Shown in pieces: positions 86,663 to 132,990 of a DNA stretch of 248,000 nt. The stretch is from Octopus vulgaris (lineage: Eukaryota): the NCBI GenBank assembly GCA_951406725.2, contig OX597821.1:102196001-102444000 (forward strand), in the 5' to 3' direction. The notes beneath the pieces are model-generated. The model was not told the DNA's origin and did not search any database. It worked only from the letters and a program-made list of their open reading frames with translations. How positions within the stretch are numbered: the first letter of the stretch is position 1; each line of letters begins with the position of its first letter. The position numbers were made by a program, and so were the translations under genes.

Positions 86663-89600
86663 TTGTATCAGCACAGGTGCCAGGCATTGCCAGCCTTGCC
86701 TGGCACTTGTGTCGGTGGTACGTAAAAAGCACCCACTACACTTACAGCGTGGTTGGCATTAGGAAGGGCATCCAGCTGTAGAAACACTGCCAGATCAGAC
86801 TGGAGCCTGGTGCAGCCTTCTGGCTTCCCAGATCCCCAGTCGAACCGTCCAACCCATGCTAGCATAGAGAACGGATGTTAAACGATGATGATGATATATA
86901 TATATATATATATATGTATGTATATATATACTCCATTTGTTTATCATTTGGCAGTTAAGATTTGCCATTATCCCTGCATTATATGTTGATCTCTAGTTTT
87001 TTGAGGTGAGCTTTCAGGGTTAAAGATTCCCTTTGTATGTCAAAATTTTAATTTTAGAAGGATTTTAAAATTTAGCAATAGCTCCATTTCTACATCAACC
87101 AGATAGTCAAGTGTCCTTAAACATTGCTTATTACAATGTGCTTCCATTCTTCTCTTGATTGAAGTGTTCTGAGTTCAAATCGCACCAATGACAGCTCTTT
87201 CCTTTATCTTTGTAGGAGTCAATAAAATAAAATCAACACAAGGTAGTGGACTGGCAGAAGTATCAGAGCATTGGATTGGATGCCCTCTGGTATTTGTTCC
87301 TCTTCTATGTATCCTGAGTTCAAATCTCACTAAGGTCTTCATGGGTGGTAGAGTTAATCTGTTGCCCAGTTTTATATCACCACCTGCCAACCTTGGGTGC
87401 CTTTAGCAGGGACCATTCTATTGCATTTGGACCAGGCTTCTATTTTGTGGACACCTCCCTCTCAGTAGTATAGCTGAGGGGTGGGGTGTTCAGGTGGGGA
87501 TGGTCTATCCTGGGCAATGCTTTTATGGAGGTGGCGTGTTTCTGCTGCATAAGTCTAACTAAAACTGATGTTTATTCTACTGGACTCTTTTGCTGAGCTG
87601 CTAGGTTACTGGGTGTAAACACACCAACACTGGTTGTCAAGTTATGGTGGAAGACAAGCACACATGTACACACACACACAAACGCATGTCTGCTGAGATG
87701 ATTTGAAAACACAACACCTAATAACTTAATGGTATATATTTTTTACTCTTCTGATGAGATTTTGCCTAATACAATGATTTAATTATTGTAATTTAATCTT
87801 TAGGCTAAATCGAAACAGCTGTAAGAGAATATGTTGGATTTTTTGCACTTAATAAATCATATTTATGCTACATCTCCATTCTTTAAATCTTACTTATATA
87901 TATATATATTGGCCTGCTCACTTAGCCAGCGGGGTGGCATCCTTTGAAGGCTAAAACAATGAGAAGCGCATTGTGACCAACGATGTGTAGCAACATCTGA
88001 TAGCCTGGTCGGTCATGGTGATCACGGTGATATATATATATATATGATGGGCTTCTTTCAGTTTCTGTTTATCAAATCCACTCACAAGGCTAACTAGGCT
88101 TATACCCACCCACCACCTGGGGGACAAGTGCTGCAAACTCAAGGGCTGTCCCAAGCAACACATACGCACACACACACTCACACACACATACACTAGTTAC
88201 ATCACACCTCCTTCCCACCAATTTTGGAATTCCTGTAAACAGTATCTTCATCCAAATGTTGTGTTTCAATGAATAAAGAAGTCTTTCAACGATCGTAGCC
88301 TATTTTCTCAAACTGTCAAACTTTGGAACTGTCTTCCTCAAGTCTACAGTAAATTCCTTCCTTTTATCTTAATTTCTTCTTCTTCATAATACTTTACACT
88401 AAGTGGCTTTTCACCTTGTTTGAGACTTTCAATTAAAAAGAAAAAGGAAGAAAGAAAGAAAAAGAGGTTATGATTGTTGTCTTCTCTCCTGATTAAAAGA
88501 TGAAGAAAGTAAAAACAAACAAAGAAAACTGTTTATTTTACCAATTATATCGTTTGTTCTTCACCTATTTTACCTGCCTGGTTATAAGCCTTTTCACAAT
88601 TTTAGAATTGAATGACTTTGACAAAGATTATTTTCTTTATTCAAAGATATTTGTTTACAGCTTCTGTATCATTGTCATTGTTGTAGCTGAGTTCCAGTTG
88701 TCAACTTTGATTGAACAGAGCTATGATCAAAGCACAGAATGTAGCATTTAATCCCTTCTTTGTTACAAGGTATAATGCTGTCACTAGAACTACCACATGT
88801 ACTTGTGTATAAGTCATATCTCCTCATTTACTTTTAAATCTTGATTCAAAATTTTCTCCCTTCATAGTTTTAGCTTTGCTCCATATATAAGTTACACACT
88901 ATTTTTTCCAGTTAAGCCGAAACATAAAATAGCGTGGTTTATACATGAGTAAATATTTTACATCATCCTGGCAAATTGTTCTTCTCTTTTTAAAACTGTG
89001 GTGTGCTGCTTGAGAGGTAAATATACCTGCTGTTTCTAGTTGGTCAAGAAACCATGTTGATGAACCCCTTGCTTCCTCTTTGGATTGTTTACACATGTTT
89101 TGAATGCCACAAGCAGTGTTCAGTGAACACTTATTTGTATTGGCCAGCTCAGTTTCATAGACATTCATTTACATAGCAACAGGAGACAACCAACAGGCAA
89201 AGACACTTAGAAACCAATTGTGTTTTTTGATTTTTGTAAATTAAAACTATTAAATGCTTTAATAACCAGGACAAATAATACAGACAGTGGGAGATTTATG
89301 TAGATAATAGGAAATTTGTAGGGATGATGACCACATGTACCAACAATGTGTGGTTCCAGCTGTGTTCACAACAATCTATGGCTCCAGTTTCAATTTCAGG
89401 GTAGGGTAATTTGGAAGACTATCTTCCATCATAGCCATGAGATCATTAATACTGTGTAAGTGGAATTTAGTTGATGAAAACTGTATGGAAGCCTGTCATA
89501 TGTGTGTATGTGTGTGTGTGTGTATATCTTTCATCTTTTGGCTTTTACTTGTTTCAGTCATTACACTGTGGCCATGCTGGGGCACCACCTTGAAGAATTT

Positions 89601-91218
89601 TAGTTAATCGAATCAACCCCAGTACTTGGTTTTTTAAAGCCTGGTACTTATTCACTCAGTGCCTTTTGCTGAACTGCTAAACATACAAACACTGGTTGTC
89701 ATAGCGTTTATGGGGAGACAAATACACACACACACACACAAAGTTGACTATAACTTCCAGAAATAGGCTTCTCAAGCTATGACTCTTTGATAAGCCCTCC
89801 TTGACAAAACTTAGAAGTCACAGTCAAAGTTTAAGAAATAAATAAATATTTGATCCTACTTCATGTATTGAGTTCTTTCTCCAGTTAATGATGTTCTAAG
89901 TCATTTAGAAAACACTACTACTACTACTACAACGTGTGTATTTAGGCATATAGTGTACTATGTTATCTGCATGTCTAGTTGAGTTATCTAACTTTACTCT
90001 AATGTTTATTTTACATTTCGTATGTAGGGGAAAGGATAGAGTATATACCAGACAAAAGCAAGGTTGATACAGCCAATTGAAAATCTTGAGGACAGACAAT
90101 TGTGCTCCAGTCTGGTCACAATCAAATAAATGATAGAAATAAAAGAAGGATAGGAAATTCACGTAGACATTAAGGAATAGAGATAAAGAAATGATCAAAG
90201 CTCCCAGTGTGAGGTTGAATAATAATTCACATTTCCTGTTTAACTCCTTGCTGATATCTACCTAGCAATCTAATCAATTTTGTTTGTAACTTAATAAATA
90301 CAACAGTCTTTGTAAGGCAAAGTGGGTTATTGATGTGTGATGTAACACATATGCTCATGAACATCGACCAACAGTGGGAGTGGATAGGCTCTATGTCAAG
90401 AGTGGGGTCACTTCGTCCCCCAGGTGAATTGAAATTTGAAGCCAGACTGCTAATGAAGTTCTCTAGAGACTCATATAGAAAACTGAAGACCAAAGCAATA
90501 TGTTGATATAAATTAGATACCTAGGAATCTCACTGCATTAGTACAAAGATCAAACTCCGGCTGCTATTGAGCATCGTCTTCTCTAACCGTCTTTATAGCT
90601 GTGAGTCATGGCCTCTCTGACACTAGAGAGGAAATTGAACATCTGGCAAAGATGTTTGCATGAGATACACCACATTTCATACAGAGACTGTGTCACTAAC
90701 CTGAAGTAACAAGACCTGGATTTTCATGTAAGCTTAGTCAGTTGGTGGCCAGCAAGAGCATGAACTATCCGAGGATGGATCCTTCCACCTTCCATGCTAG
90801 TGTACCCAGTGGTGTTTGCAGAGTCCCAGGAAGAAAGGGCATCCAAAGAAGAAATGGCTGGCAGTAGTAAAAAAAAGAAAAGATGTTGTAAGTGATGGCA
90901 AGAGTTGGGATGAAACTTGGGACCTGGCACTTGACAGAAATGCCCAGAAGGCTCTGCTTGCCCAATGTTTGGTGCATATAAAAAATGATGAAATGAATGC
91001 AAATTTTCTAAAAAAAATATTTGTTAGCTTAAATGCAGTGCTCCAGCATGGCCACAGTCAAATGACTGAAACAAGTAGAAGAGTAAAAGAGGGTGAATTG
91101 TACTAAGAAATAAAAGTAAGGAAAATGTGCAGAAATTTAATGTTGGAAAAAAAATATACATATATATTTTCCAACATAAAATTTCTATGCATTTTCATTT
91201 TTTTTTTACTACATACAT

Positions 91219-91289
<71 letters not shown>

Positions 91290-92663
91290 AATACATATAT
91301 TGCCTGGCATTTTGTCATTTATGATGACGAGTGTTCCAATATTTTTGATCAACAGAGCAGCCAGCTGCTCATAGAATTAACATGCAAGTGGCTGAGCACT
91401 CCACAGACACATGTACCCTTAACTTAGTTCTCAGGGAGATTCAGAATGGGACAAGGCTGGCCTTTTGAAATGCAGGTACAACTCAATTTTGGTAGCTGAG
91501 TGGACTGCCAATATAGTGTCTTGTCTAAGGATACAACATGTCACCAGGAATTGAACTCATGACCTTACAATTGTGGGCCAAATACCCTAATCATAAAGCC
91601 ATTTAAATGTACTGCTTAATGTTCGGTTATTTGATAATCAGTGTGAAAACTGATGGCTAAGATCTGTTGCAATGGATCTCTAATACTGCATACTTTGATG
91701 TATATACATATATTCACACACACACATACATGTACACAGGTGTATGCATAATTATATATATGCGTGTGTGTGTGTGTGTGTGTGTGTGTACATATGTTTT
91801 CACACATTTCCACTATTTACTTCTTTGTTTCTCTTCCTCTTGAAATCCCTTTTTTCCCTTTCAGTGACAAGTGTATGTTTGTCTATCACTTTACTTATGT
91901 TGTAGTTGTTATTATCATTATCATTAACATCATTATCATAATCATTATTATTAATATGTTTTGTTTCTTTCATTTCTTGTTCCTTTCTTTCTTTGTTATT
92001 TTTTTTTTTATTTCATTTCTATCTTTTTCTCTCTTTTTTTAATTTTTCCTTTTTTTTTTTTTAATGACTGATTAGAAAATATTGAGACAGCTTTAAACTC
92101 TGCTATACTCAGACCAAAGGTTTCATTGTAACCAAGGATATAATTACACACACACACACACACACGTGCATACACACGACATACATATAGTTTCATACAC
92201 ATATACATACTTACATATACACACACACATACATATAAATGTATATATATATATATATATATACACACATAGAACACACACACATACATACATATAAATA
92301 TATATATATATATACAAAGAACCCAGACTTTTATACACACATATACACACACACACATATACACATATACATACACTCATATACACAAACACATGCACAT
92401 GCACACACTCAGACAGACAGACAGACAAGCATATATTCCCAACGGATTGTTTGTTGTTCTGTTTGTACAAGAGCAATCAATTGATCGTATAAAGAATATA
92501 GTTAGTATGATGTTTAACAACAGTTACTCAAAATCTGTTTCAGTCCCTTCCAGTAACAACAACAACAACAACAACAACAACTGCAACGACAACATACAAA
92601 GAAACAAACAAACACATCAGAAATAGAGGTTAGTGCTTGCTGCTGCATCTCGTCGAATAGTTT

Positions 92664-124143
<31,480 letters not shown>

Positions 124144-127100
124144 TGAATGAATTCCTAACACATTTGCTACTTGAATAACTGTCCATTACACACACATGCA
124201 CACATGCACGTACACACACACACACCCACACACCTCTATATATATATATACATGTGTGTGTACACATATCTACCTACCTACCTACCTATCTATCTATCTA
124301 TCTATATATATATATATATATATATACATGTGTGTGTACACATATCTACCTACCTACCTACCTACCTACCTACCTACCTATCTATCTATCTATATATATA
124401 TATATATACATATATATACACACACACATATATATAAATATATATGTATGTATGTATGTATACATATGTATATATACTGAATGTCAATAAATCAAGAAAA
124501 ACAAATGTACATTGGTAGTCATCCAGAGCTATCCTTTATGGAGTAAGTGTATTTCAAAAGAATGTATATAGGAAAGGGATAGAAATCATCCTAGCAGTGA
124601 CTGGTGAGATGCTAAATGGGCATTTCTGCTTGTACTTCAAGCCAACTGCATGCTTAGATGAAATCTATTGCCACAAATACAGGAAAACTGTGAATAAACA
124701 GTCACTGATGTTGCAAATATTCTCCTGCCTGAATAAAAACCTGTTATATGCAACAGAATCACTATTGGATAAAAATAGATATGTATGTATCATACTTAAT
124801 GTAAATACACAGTGAAAAGCAAATCTACTGGGGTATTCATCTGGAGATAATATCTATAATGGACGTGCAGTGTTTAAAAACACAATATATATCAGAGGTG
124901 GACATAGATTGTCCTAGTAGTAGCTGAGAATGTTAGATGTGTATGTCTTCCTCATATGGCATTGTCAGTGGTATGTATTCTCAGCCAACTGATAACATGT
125001 ATGTACATTATTAAATAAAGTAATTTGACCACTCTTTTCCAATCCTCAGTGTCTCTTAGTGTGGGAGAGATTGTCCCCTGCTACATTACAAACACTGCAT
125101 TAGCACATTTTAAAGTGGTTTGTTACTCTTTTCAAGCCTAGTCAGGTTCATGGGCCCAGTTTCTGTGGTGTATGTGTTCCCCCCAGCTGGACAGGATGCC
125201 AGTCCATCGCAGCATTACTCAAGAAACAGGAAGAGAGAGTGAGAGAAAGATGTGGCGAAAGAGTACAACAGGGGTCACCCCTCCCCTGCCGGAGCCTCGT
125301 GGAGCTTTAGGTGTTTTCACTCAATAAACACACAACACCCGGTCTGAAAATCGAAACTGCAATCCTCCGACCGCGAGTCTGTTGCCCTAACCACTGGCCA
125401 ATTGCGCCTCCACATTGTAAAGTGGTAAACTGGTAGAATTGTTAGCATGCAGGGAAAAATGCTTAGGAGCATTTCATCCATCTTTACCTTCTGAGTTCAA
125501 ATTTTGCTGAGGTTGACTTTGCCTTTCATTCTTTTGGGGTCAATAAAATAAGTACCAGTTGAGTACAGGGATCGATGTAATTGACTTAACCCCTCCCCCG
125601 AAATTTCTGGCCTTGTGCCAAAATTTGAAACCAGTATTTCCTTATTGTTAGGCAGTGACCTGCAGAATCATTAGTGTTGGAGGAATCGTTAGAAAGGCAG
125701 TGAGCTGGCAGAAACGTTAGCACGCCGGGTGAAATGCTTAGCAGTATTTTGTCTGCTGATATGTTCTTGAGTTCAAATTCCACCGAGGTTGACTTTGCCT
125801 TTCATCCTTTCAGGGTTGATAAATTAAGTACCAGTGTTTCACTGGGGATCAATGTAATTGACTTAATCCCTTTATCTGTCCTTGTTTGTCCCCTCTGTGT
125901 GTAGCCCCTTGTGGGCAGTAAAGAAATAAGAATCATTAGTGTTGGGTGGAAAAAAAAAAACGTCCTTGTGGTATTTCTTCCAGCACTTTATGTTCTGAGT
126001 TCAAATCCTGACAAGGTCAATTTTATCTTTCATCTCTTCAAAATTGATAAATTCAGGAACAAGGAATAATGTAATTGTCTAAACCCCTCTCTCAAATTTG
126101 CTAACCTTGCACCTAAACCAGAAACAATATTTCACTACTATACCCCATCCAAAATATTTCATAATGGTTTAAAACTCACCTGTTTCATTTATAAGCATTT
126201 TTTGCTTCTATTGTACTTTGGACTGTGTTTTGACCTAACAAGAATTCAGCTGATGTCATGTTCACAGACTATATTTATGATATTAATATTTTAGATGTGG
126301 CTGGGGCTAACTTTGCCTTTCAACTTTGTAGGGTCGATAAAATAAGTACCAGTTGAGCACTGGGGGTCAATGTAATTGATTTATCCACTCCCCTGAAATT
126401 GCTGGCCTTGTACCAAAATTTGAAATCAATATTTTAGATGAAACATTTTTACTCTATATAATCCATTATCTTTCAGCTTCCAAATTTTAAGAAAATTTCA
126501 CAAATAATATTTTTTTTCACCTTTTTTTTTTAAAGAAATAAGAACACATTAGATGACATAATCTGGAAGTACACGAAATAAAATCAAATAAATTTAATTT
126601 TACATACTGTTTAAATTGTTCTCTTTCTTCATGTGCCATGCAAACCTACAGATGTTTGGCAATCATGGAACTCCATACCATCTATTTCTGGAGGACACTG
126701 GTAAAGTCCTCCAAGTATCCTCCCTCACTCCCTGTTTTCATCCTTTTTGTTTCTCTGTTGTCACCATATGCTCAAGGTGTTTCTTGTCATATGGAATCCA
126801 ATAAATTGAGCCTCCTTGAGTTGTTGAGAAGTATAAAGACAAATCATGACTCTTCAGACTTTAAATATAAATAAATAAATAAATTGTGGTGTTAGCAGTG
126901 TTATGGGCTGTGATGAGCTATGTGGTGTTGGTGGAGAGGATGGTAGGTGAGGCAAAAGGGAAGTGAAGACTGCAGGGGCTGGTGGAAGAGTGAAAGGGGC
127001 ATGCATGGGTAGGAAGCATGTGTAGGGAGTTCGAGCAGAGATGGCAGAGAGGCAAGATGTGTTTAATTCGTGAGAGTGACCACTGATTCTGCCGAGGTCA

Positions 127101-128580
127101 ACAGGTAAGGCCTTTTGTATTTCTTTCTCCCGTTTACTTCTTTTTCTGTTGTCCTTTTCTTCCATCGCACCACATAAATATTGCATGGAACACTAAACGT
127201 TTTCATTAAAATTTCAACATGATACCCTGTAAAACCTTTGGTATTTTGTATTTAAAATCTGAATACTTAATGCATTATAGAATAAAGTATTATAATTATC
127301 TAAGAGGGTGAGCTGACAAAATTATTAGTACATTGAGCAAAACACTTAGCAGCATTTCTTCTGTATCATTATGTTCTGAATTCATATTCTACTGTGACCA
127401 ATTTTGTCTTTCATTCTTTCAAGTCAATAAAATGAGTATGAATTGAACACTGGGACTCATATAATCAACTAACCTCTCTAACTAAAATTGCTGATCTTGA
127501 TCCAAAATTGAAACCTTTATAGTTATCTACTTAATTAATGCATTATAACATTTTAATTAATGCTGCCTTATATAATCAGGTGATACTGTGGATTTCTAAA
127601 TTTGAAGATTCATTATTTCTTTCCAACATGAAAGTGGTCTGCAGATTCTTATCCTTTTTTTTCTTTTTAGCCCCTGCATGTGAAAAGGTTCCCCATCATA
127701 GATATAATGTAGTGGTTCTTAAAGGGACAATTACCAGGCCCACCACTAAGAAATTTTTAGTTCATCCTCCTGGTTAACAAGAAGGCATTTGCATCATTAT
127801 AATACTTCTTTTTTTTTTATAAAAATGAAGCTTATGTTCATATAATTCTTCTTTTTATGTCAAAGTGTTGAACAAGTTATAAAAAATTAAAACCCATCTT
127901 AATTTTATTGAGCATGGTAATGTGTCCATCATCCTTTTCAAACTTTTCTGATCTCTTCCCTAGGGATAGGAGTAACCCTCTTATAATGTATCCAGGATGA
128001 GAATGGAATTATAATATAAGACTAAAAAACAAGCGAATAAGTGAATCTCTCTCAGTGGTAGGTTACCGTTTTCCGAAGGATTAACAGGCAGTTTACAGTC
128101 GTAAAATAGTGAAAGTAAATTGTCCTTAGAAAATGAAAAATGTCTTTCAGGTAGAAACCGGAAGTGACAACAGAGACATCCCGTAATTTCAAATAAACAC
128201 TATGTAACTAATATTTCGTTTTTGGATTTGGTTTGCAAGATTCTTTATATGAGTTCGTGTGTTGAAGCATATTCTGTTGTGTCTGGGGAGAGTCATTCTC
128301 TTTTAGTGCCTTATTATTTAATACACTCACCGGTAAAATTTCCACTTATTTCGTCTTTTTATTTTCCTAAAATTTTCGTTGCGTCTTGCAACCTTTTCAA
128401 TAGTCAAGTGGAAATTTTATCGGTGAGTGTTAAATAATAAGGCACTAAAAGAGAATGACTCTCCCCAGACTATGTAACTAAAACGTAAATTTACATATAT
128501 TTAATGTAACTTGAAAACTGTACATATGTTTTATATAATATGCAAGCAATCACATTTACGGGAAAACATTTTATAATCTA

Positions 128581-129168
128581 CGTAAGGTGTACTAGCCATC
128601 TGAATGTGGCTAGCCACTGGGGGTGGGATGTTACTGATGCTTTTAGCCCCAGGCGATCAACGTCACCAGATGGACTTTAGACACAAAATTTCAGTGCCCT
128701 TGTGTTATTTGCAAAGAGAGGTCATCCCCCCTCGACGCCTGGGGCTAAAAGCATCAGTAACACCCCACCCCCAGTGGCTAGCCACATTCAGATGGCTAGT
128801 ACACCTTACGTTGTCGAGCGGTTACTGTTTATATCTCGTTCAGAGATTTTTTAATGCTTTCAGACAGTTTTTCTAAATCAGTGACAGTGGTTGCTGTGAA
128901 AAACGTTAAATATTATTTGCAAGGGGTCTCCTTCATCGAAAACCGGTGTTTACCATGCGTTGACGAGAGGCAATTACCTTGAAACTATAGTCCGTATGTA
129001 GCACTTAGGTTTTCGAGGGAGGATGACCTCCCTTTGCAAATAACACAAGGGCACTGAAATTTTGTGTCTAAAGTCCATCTGGTGACGTTGATCGCCTGGG
129101 GCTAAAAGCATCAGTAACACCCCCACCCCCAGTGGCTAGCCACATTCAGATGGCTAGTACACCTTACG
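128581..129168. mobile_element. Foldback/MITE with ~154 bp TIRs and an extra internal TIR copy
   Basis: 128581-128734 is the reverse complement of 129014-129168; 128736-128810 is a further inverted copy of the first 75 bp. Confidence 0.85.
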
Positions 129169-129792
129169 TTATATTTTATAATCTATACTTAATAAACTTG
129201 GGAGTGAAATGAAAAAGAATCAGCTGGATAGCAAGTTATAATATTATTCATTCGCATTATTAAATGAATAAATACGCTCCCAAATAATAGCTACCATCCT
129301 AAGAGAATATTTCAGAAAATAAACCAAGAGATAAATAGCATAACTGCGACTAAATCTAATACTTCTCCATAAACACTGTGTACGTGTTGTTGGTGAGTAA
129401 TAAACAGCTAAAGGTTATTTTCCCCTCCTACTTTTCAATATTTAACTAGAAGTTTCATAAAGACACGGAGAATATTGTCTCATGTTTCAAACTCGTTACT
129501 GTAACTATAAGTAAACAGAATAAATCCTCTAAGTTTCACAGTCCTAGATGTTGATGTTTCACTTGTGAGCTGAGAAAAGACATATACGTTTACACGCAAT
129601 ATTAACGTTTTATCCTCGCCGCATATTTTCTTTTCCTTTTTTCTTTTTAATCTTTTGTCTTCACAAAGCATTTTCATAATTTTGTCCTAAACGTCCATAC
129701 TTGTTTTCAGACTTTTAGCTAGCCTTTGTGTAATGTGTTCTGAATAATATAAGGCTTTCGTTTCATAAATCCCAACTCACTCTGGTTAGGTA

Positions 129793-129824
<32 letters not shown>

Positions 129825-131579
129825 GTGGGGTGGTACAATGTGTCTCATAGATGATGCACCAGGGAAATATGTCCTGCGTATCGCATGTGATAGACAGGAC
129901 ACTTTTATTTTCTTGCAGATAGAACTTCGAAGGATTTAATGCCTAAAGAATTTTCTATTTCTCCTCACCAACGAATGTACAATTTTATAAATATACTTAT
130001 TGATTCTTTCATCACTATTTTGGTAAGTATGAAGGAAATTATGCTTCACTGATGAAGTCAGAATAAGACCCGTTCACATCTAGAGTTGTCTCCCCTGTAC
130101 TTGATTGAAAGTAAAAAAAAAACTATTAAAATTTGACCAATATGATTTTCTCGTGCATATATTATTTCTAGTTATCATTTTAATGCATGAAACATTAAAA
130201 AAAAAAAACGACACTAACTAGGATTATTTTAATTGTTTTATTTTCCATGTTAATTAACAATCCGATCGTTTATCTCAACAATTATTTTAGCTTTATTAGT
130301 TGCTATTTTGAAGCAGATTAATAGTTATCATTTATCACGTAGTAGATTCGCTCATAAAAATGTCTAAGATCTGGTATTTCAAGTGTCATGAGCCTCGGGG
130401 TTAATTTTTCATTTTCTATCATGATTTTTGCCGCCTACTTGTCTACACCAATATTCTCCTACCACTAATTTTGTTGAAAAAGCTCACTATAAGTTTGATC
130501 ACATATTTCGTAATCCATGGGGCAATTTTGTATGCAATCCATTGGGGCCAGAATCATTCCACGAATGAAGTTAATAGTCATCGTAGAAGAGGTCGGCTAA
130601 AAATGTCTCTATAACCACTGTAGGCGCATTACCCACTTGACAGCAGGTAAACAAGCTGGCTATACAGAGATAGAGGACGTTACACAACATTAAGGTTGAG
130701 ACACGTGACCTTATCTCTTCCTCTTTAGCACTGGGACCTCGAACTGTAAAGATGTAATCTAGTCTCTCTCAACAACCACCAGCTAGCAGATAGGAGCACA
130801 ACTCTGAAGGCCATGGCTTTACACACCAACCATTCTATTTATCATTCCATTGTATATACGTGTGGCCACAATAAACATGTTTAAGTTGCAACCTCGCTTG
130901 TATGTTTTTCATCCGGGTTACTACCAGCGAAATTACAGCCTTCTGAGAGTCATATTAGGTGGCTCATAACGACCTGCACCATCTAAACCGCCTTCACGCC
131001 ATCCGATGGCCTCCTGAGAAATTATACAGGATTAACAACCAATGAGTATAATGGAAAGCTTACACAACACATGCAGGGATAGAGAAAACTCCACCTTCTT
131101 GTTCTATTTCATCTAGAGGCTCTAGGACCAAGAAAACGATTTTCTCAGCAATAAATAAAACCTCATAAGTGAGATCCCTCCTTATTCACCTGGAGCTCGT
131201 GAATACTAACCCTACTTTCACAAGAAACTACTTATATCACACAGTCTACAGTGTCCATCCATAGGAATAGTGAGCTATCGTGTGGTTGCTATAAAAGAAA
131301 CGTCCTGTTAATGAACCGTGAGCCACTGGCCGTTAATACCGAGGAAAAAGCACTTTAATTCTAATTAGCTCTTATGCAATTTCAGGATAAATAATCCTTT
131401 CTTAATTGATACTACGTTGTGAGATCGACCCTGGGACCTTATGCTGGTGAAGGGAACTTCTTAACCATTTGGCCATGCCTGGACGCACGAACGTAATGAA
131501 TATATATATATAAGTAATTATTTTAATTTGCCCTTTTCGTCTATGCAGACGGTCAATTTAGCTTAGAGGTCACTTAATC

Positions 131580-132990
131580 GAACATATCAGGGGCTCCCTC
131601 TCTTGCAGCTTCTTGCTATGATTGAAGCACAGCTCCTGCCACAGTACTTGCATACCAAGAGGGTGGCTCGGCGCTCTGCATTTCTGTTGTTTTCCTTTCG
131701 CCGCTTCTCAACTTGTTTGTTTTTCTGTAGCTGCTCTCTAGCAGTTCCTTCCTTGACCACAGTCTTCCATGTTGTTCTGTCCTCAGCCCGCTCTTCCCAG
131801 GTGCTGACATCCAACTCACACTTGGACAAACTAGTTTTGCAAGTGTCCTTATACCTCAGTTTTGATCTTCCTCTTGGTCTCTTGCTCTGGGCCAGTTCTC
131901 CATAAAACAGTTGCTTCAGGATTCGATGGTCATCCATTCTGACATGCCCCAGCCACCCCAGTCTTCTCATACACAAGATAACTGTCATGCATTGAAGATT
132001 CGCCTGCGCCAGCACTTCAACATTGGTGACCTTGTCGCGCCATGTTAGGCCTCAGATCTTGCGGAGGCATCTGACATAGAAAATGCCGAGGCACCTTTCA
132101 TGTCTGCTGTACAAGGTTCATGTTTCAGATCCACAGAGAAGTGTGCTGAGAGCAGATGCTTCACAAATCCTCATCTTTGTCCTGATGTCTAATCTCTTGT
132201 TCTTCCATACTCGTTTTGTCAGCCTTCCCTACCCTGAGATTAATCTCATCATCAAGTGAAGTAATAGAGGAACTGGTAGACCCTAGACAGCAGAACCTGT
132301 CCACTTTCTCAAGCTCTTTGTCATCAAGCTTGATATGGCTTTTCACTGCGCCCTCCTGAGTGAGGATGACTGTCTTCTTTATACTGATGACCAAACCGAA
132401 GGCCTTGCATGCTGATGATAGGTGGTCCATCATTATTTGTAGAGTTAATTCACTGTGAGCAACAAGTGCCGCATCGTCGGCGAAGAGAAAGTCTCTTATT
132501 GTTGCTCTATTGATCTTAGTATTGGCCCAAAGTCTAGAAAGATCAAAGTGTGACCCATCAGTTCTCCAATAAAGGCAGACATCTCCTGGAAACTCTTGAA
132601 ATGCATACTGCAGCAATACAGCAAAGTAAATGCTGAAAAATATTGGTGCTAGGACATTACCTTGTTTTATTCCGCTGTTGATGTTGAAACTATCTGATAT
132701 TAAACTGTCAAACTGAATGGTGGCCTTCATGTCATCATGGAACGAAACAATGAGCTGCAGTAGTATTGGGGGACAGCCACATTTTCCAAGCACCATGTGC
132801 AGTCCTGATCTACTGACTGTATCAAATGCCTTTGTCAGATCGACAAATGTTCTTTATAGTGGTAATTGCTGCTCCCGGCATTTTTCTTGTAGTTGACGAA
132901 TGGAGACGATCATATCCATTGTTGAGCGGTTAGATCTAAAACAGCACTGGCTCTCTGGTAGCACTCTTTCTGCTAGCTTCTGAAGTCGTT
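131580..132990 (-). mobile_element. 5'-truncated RTE-BovB-like LINE
   Basis: FVDLTKAFDTV, GKCGCPPILLQLIVSFHDDMKATIQFD, SGIKQGNVLAPIFFSIYF, RDFLFADDAALVAHSE, LGWLGHVRMDDHRILKQLFYGEL, RGRSKLRYKD; only a few frameshifts. Confidence 0.9.

Noticed and set aside
130619-130938. Solo LTR (TG...CA with AATAAA)
   Set aside because: No matching 4-6 bp TSD and no second copy seen; plausible but unsupported.
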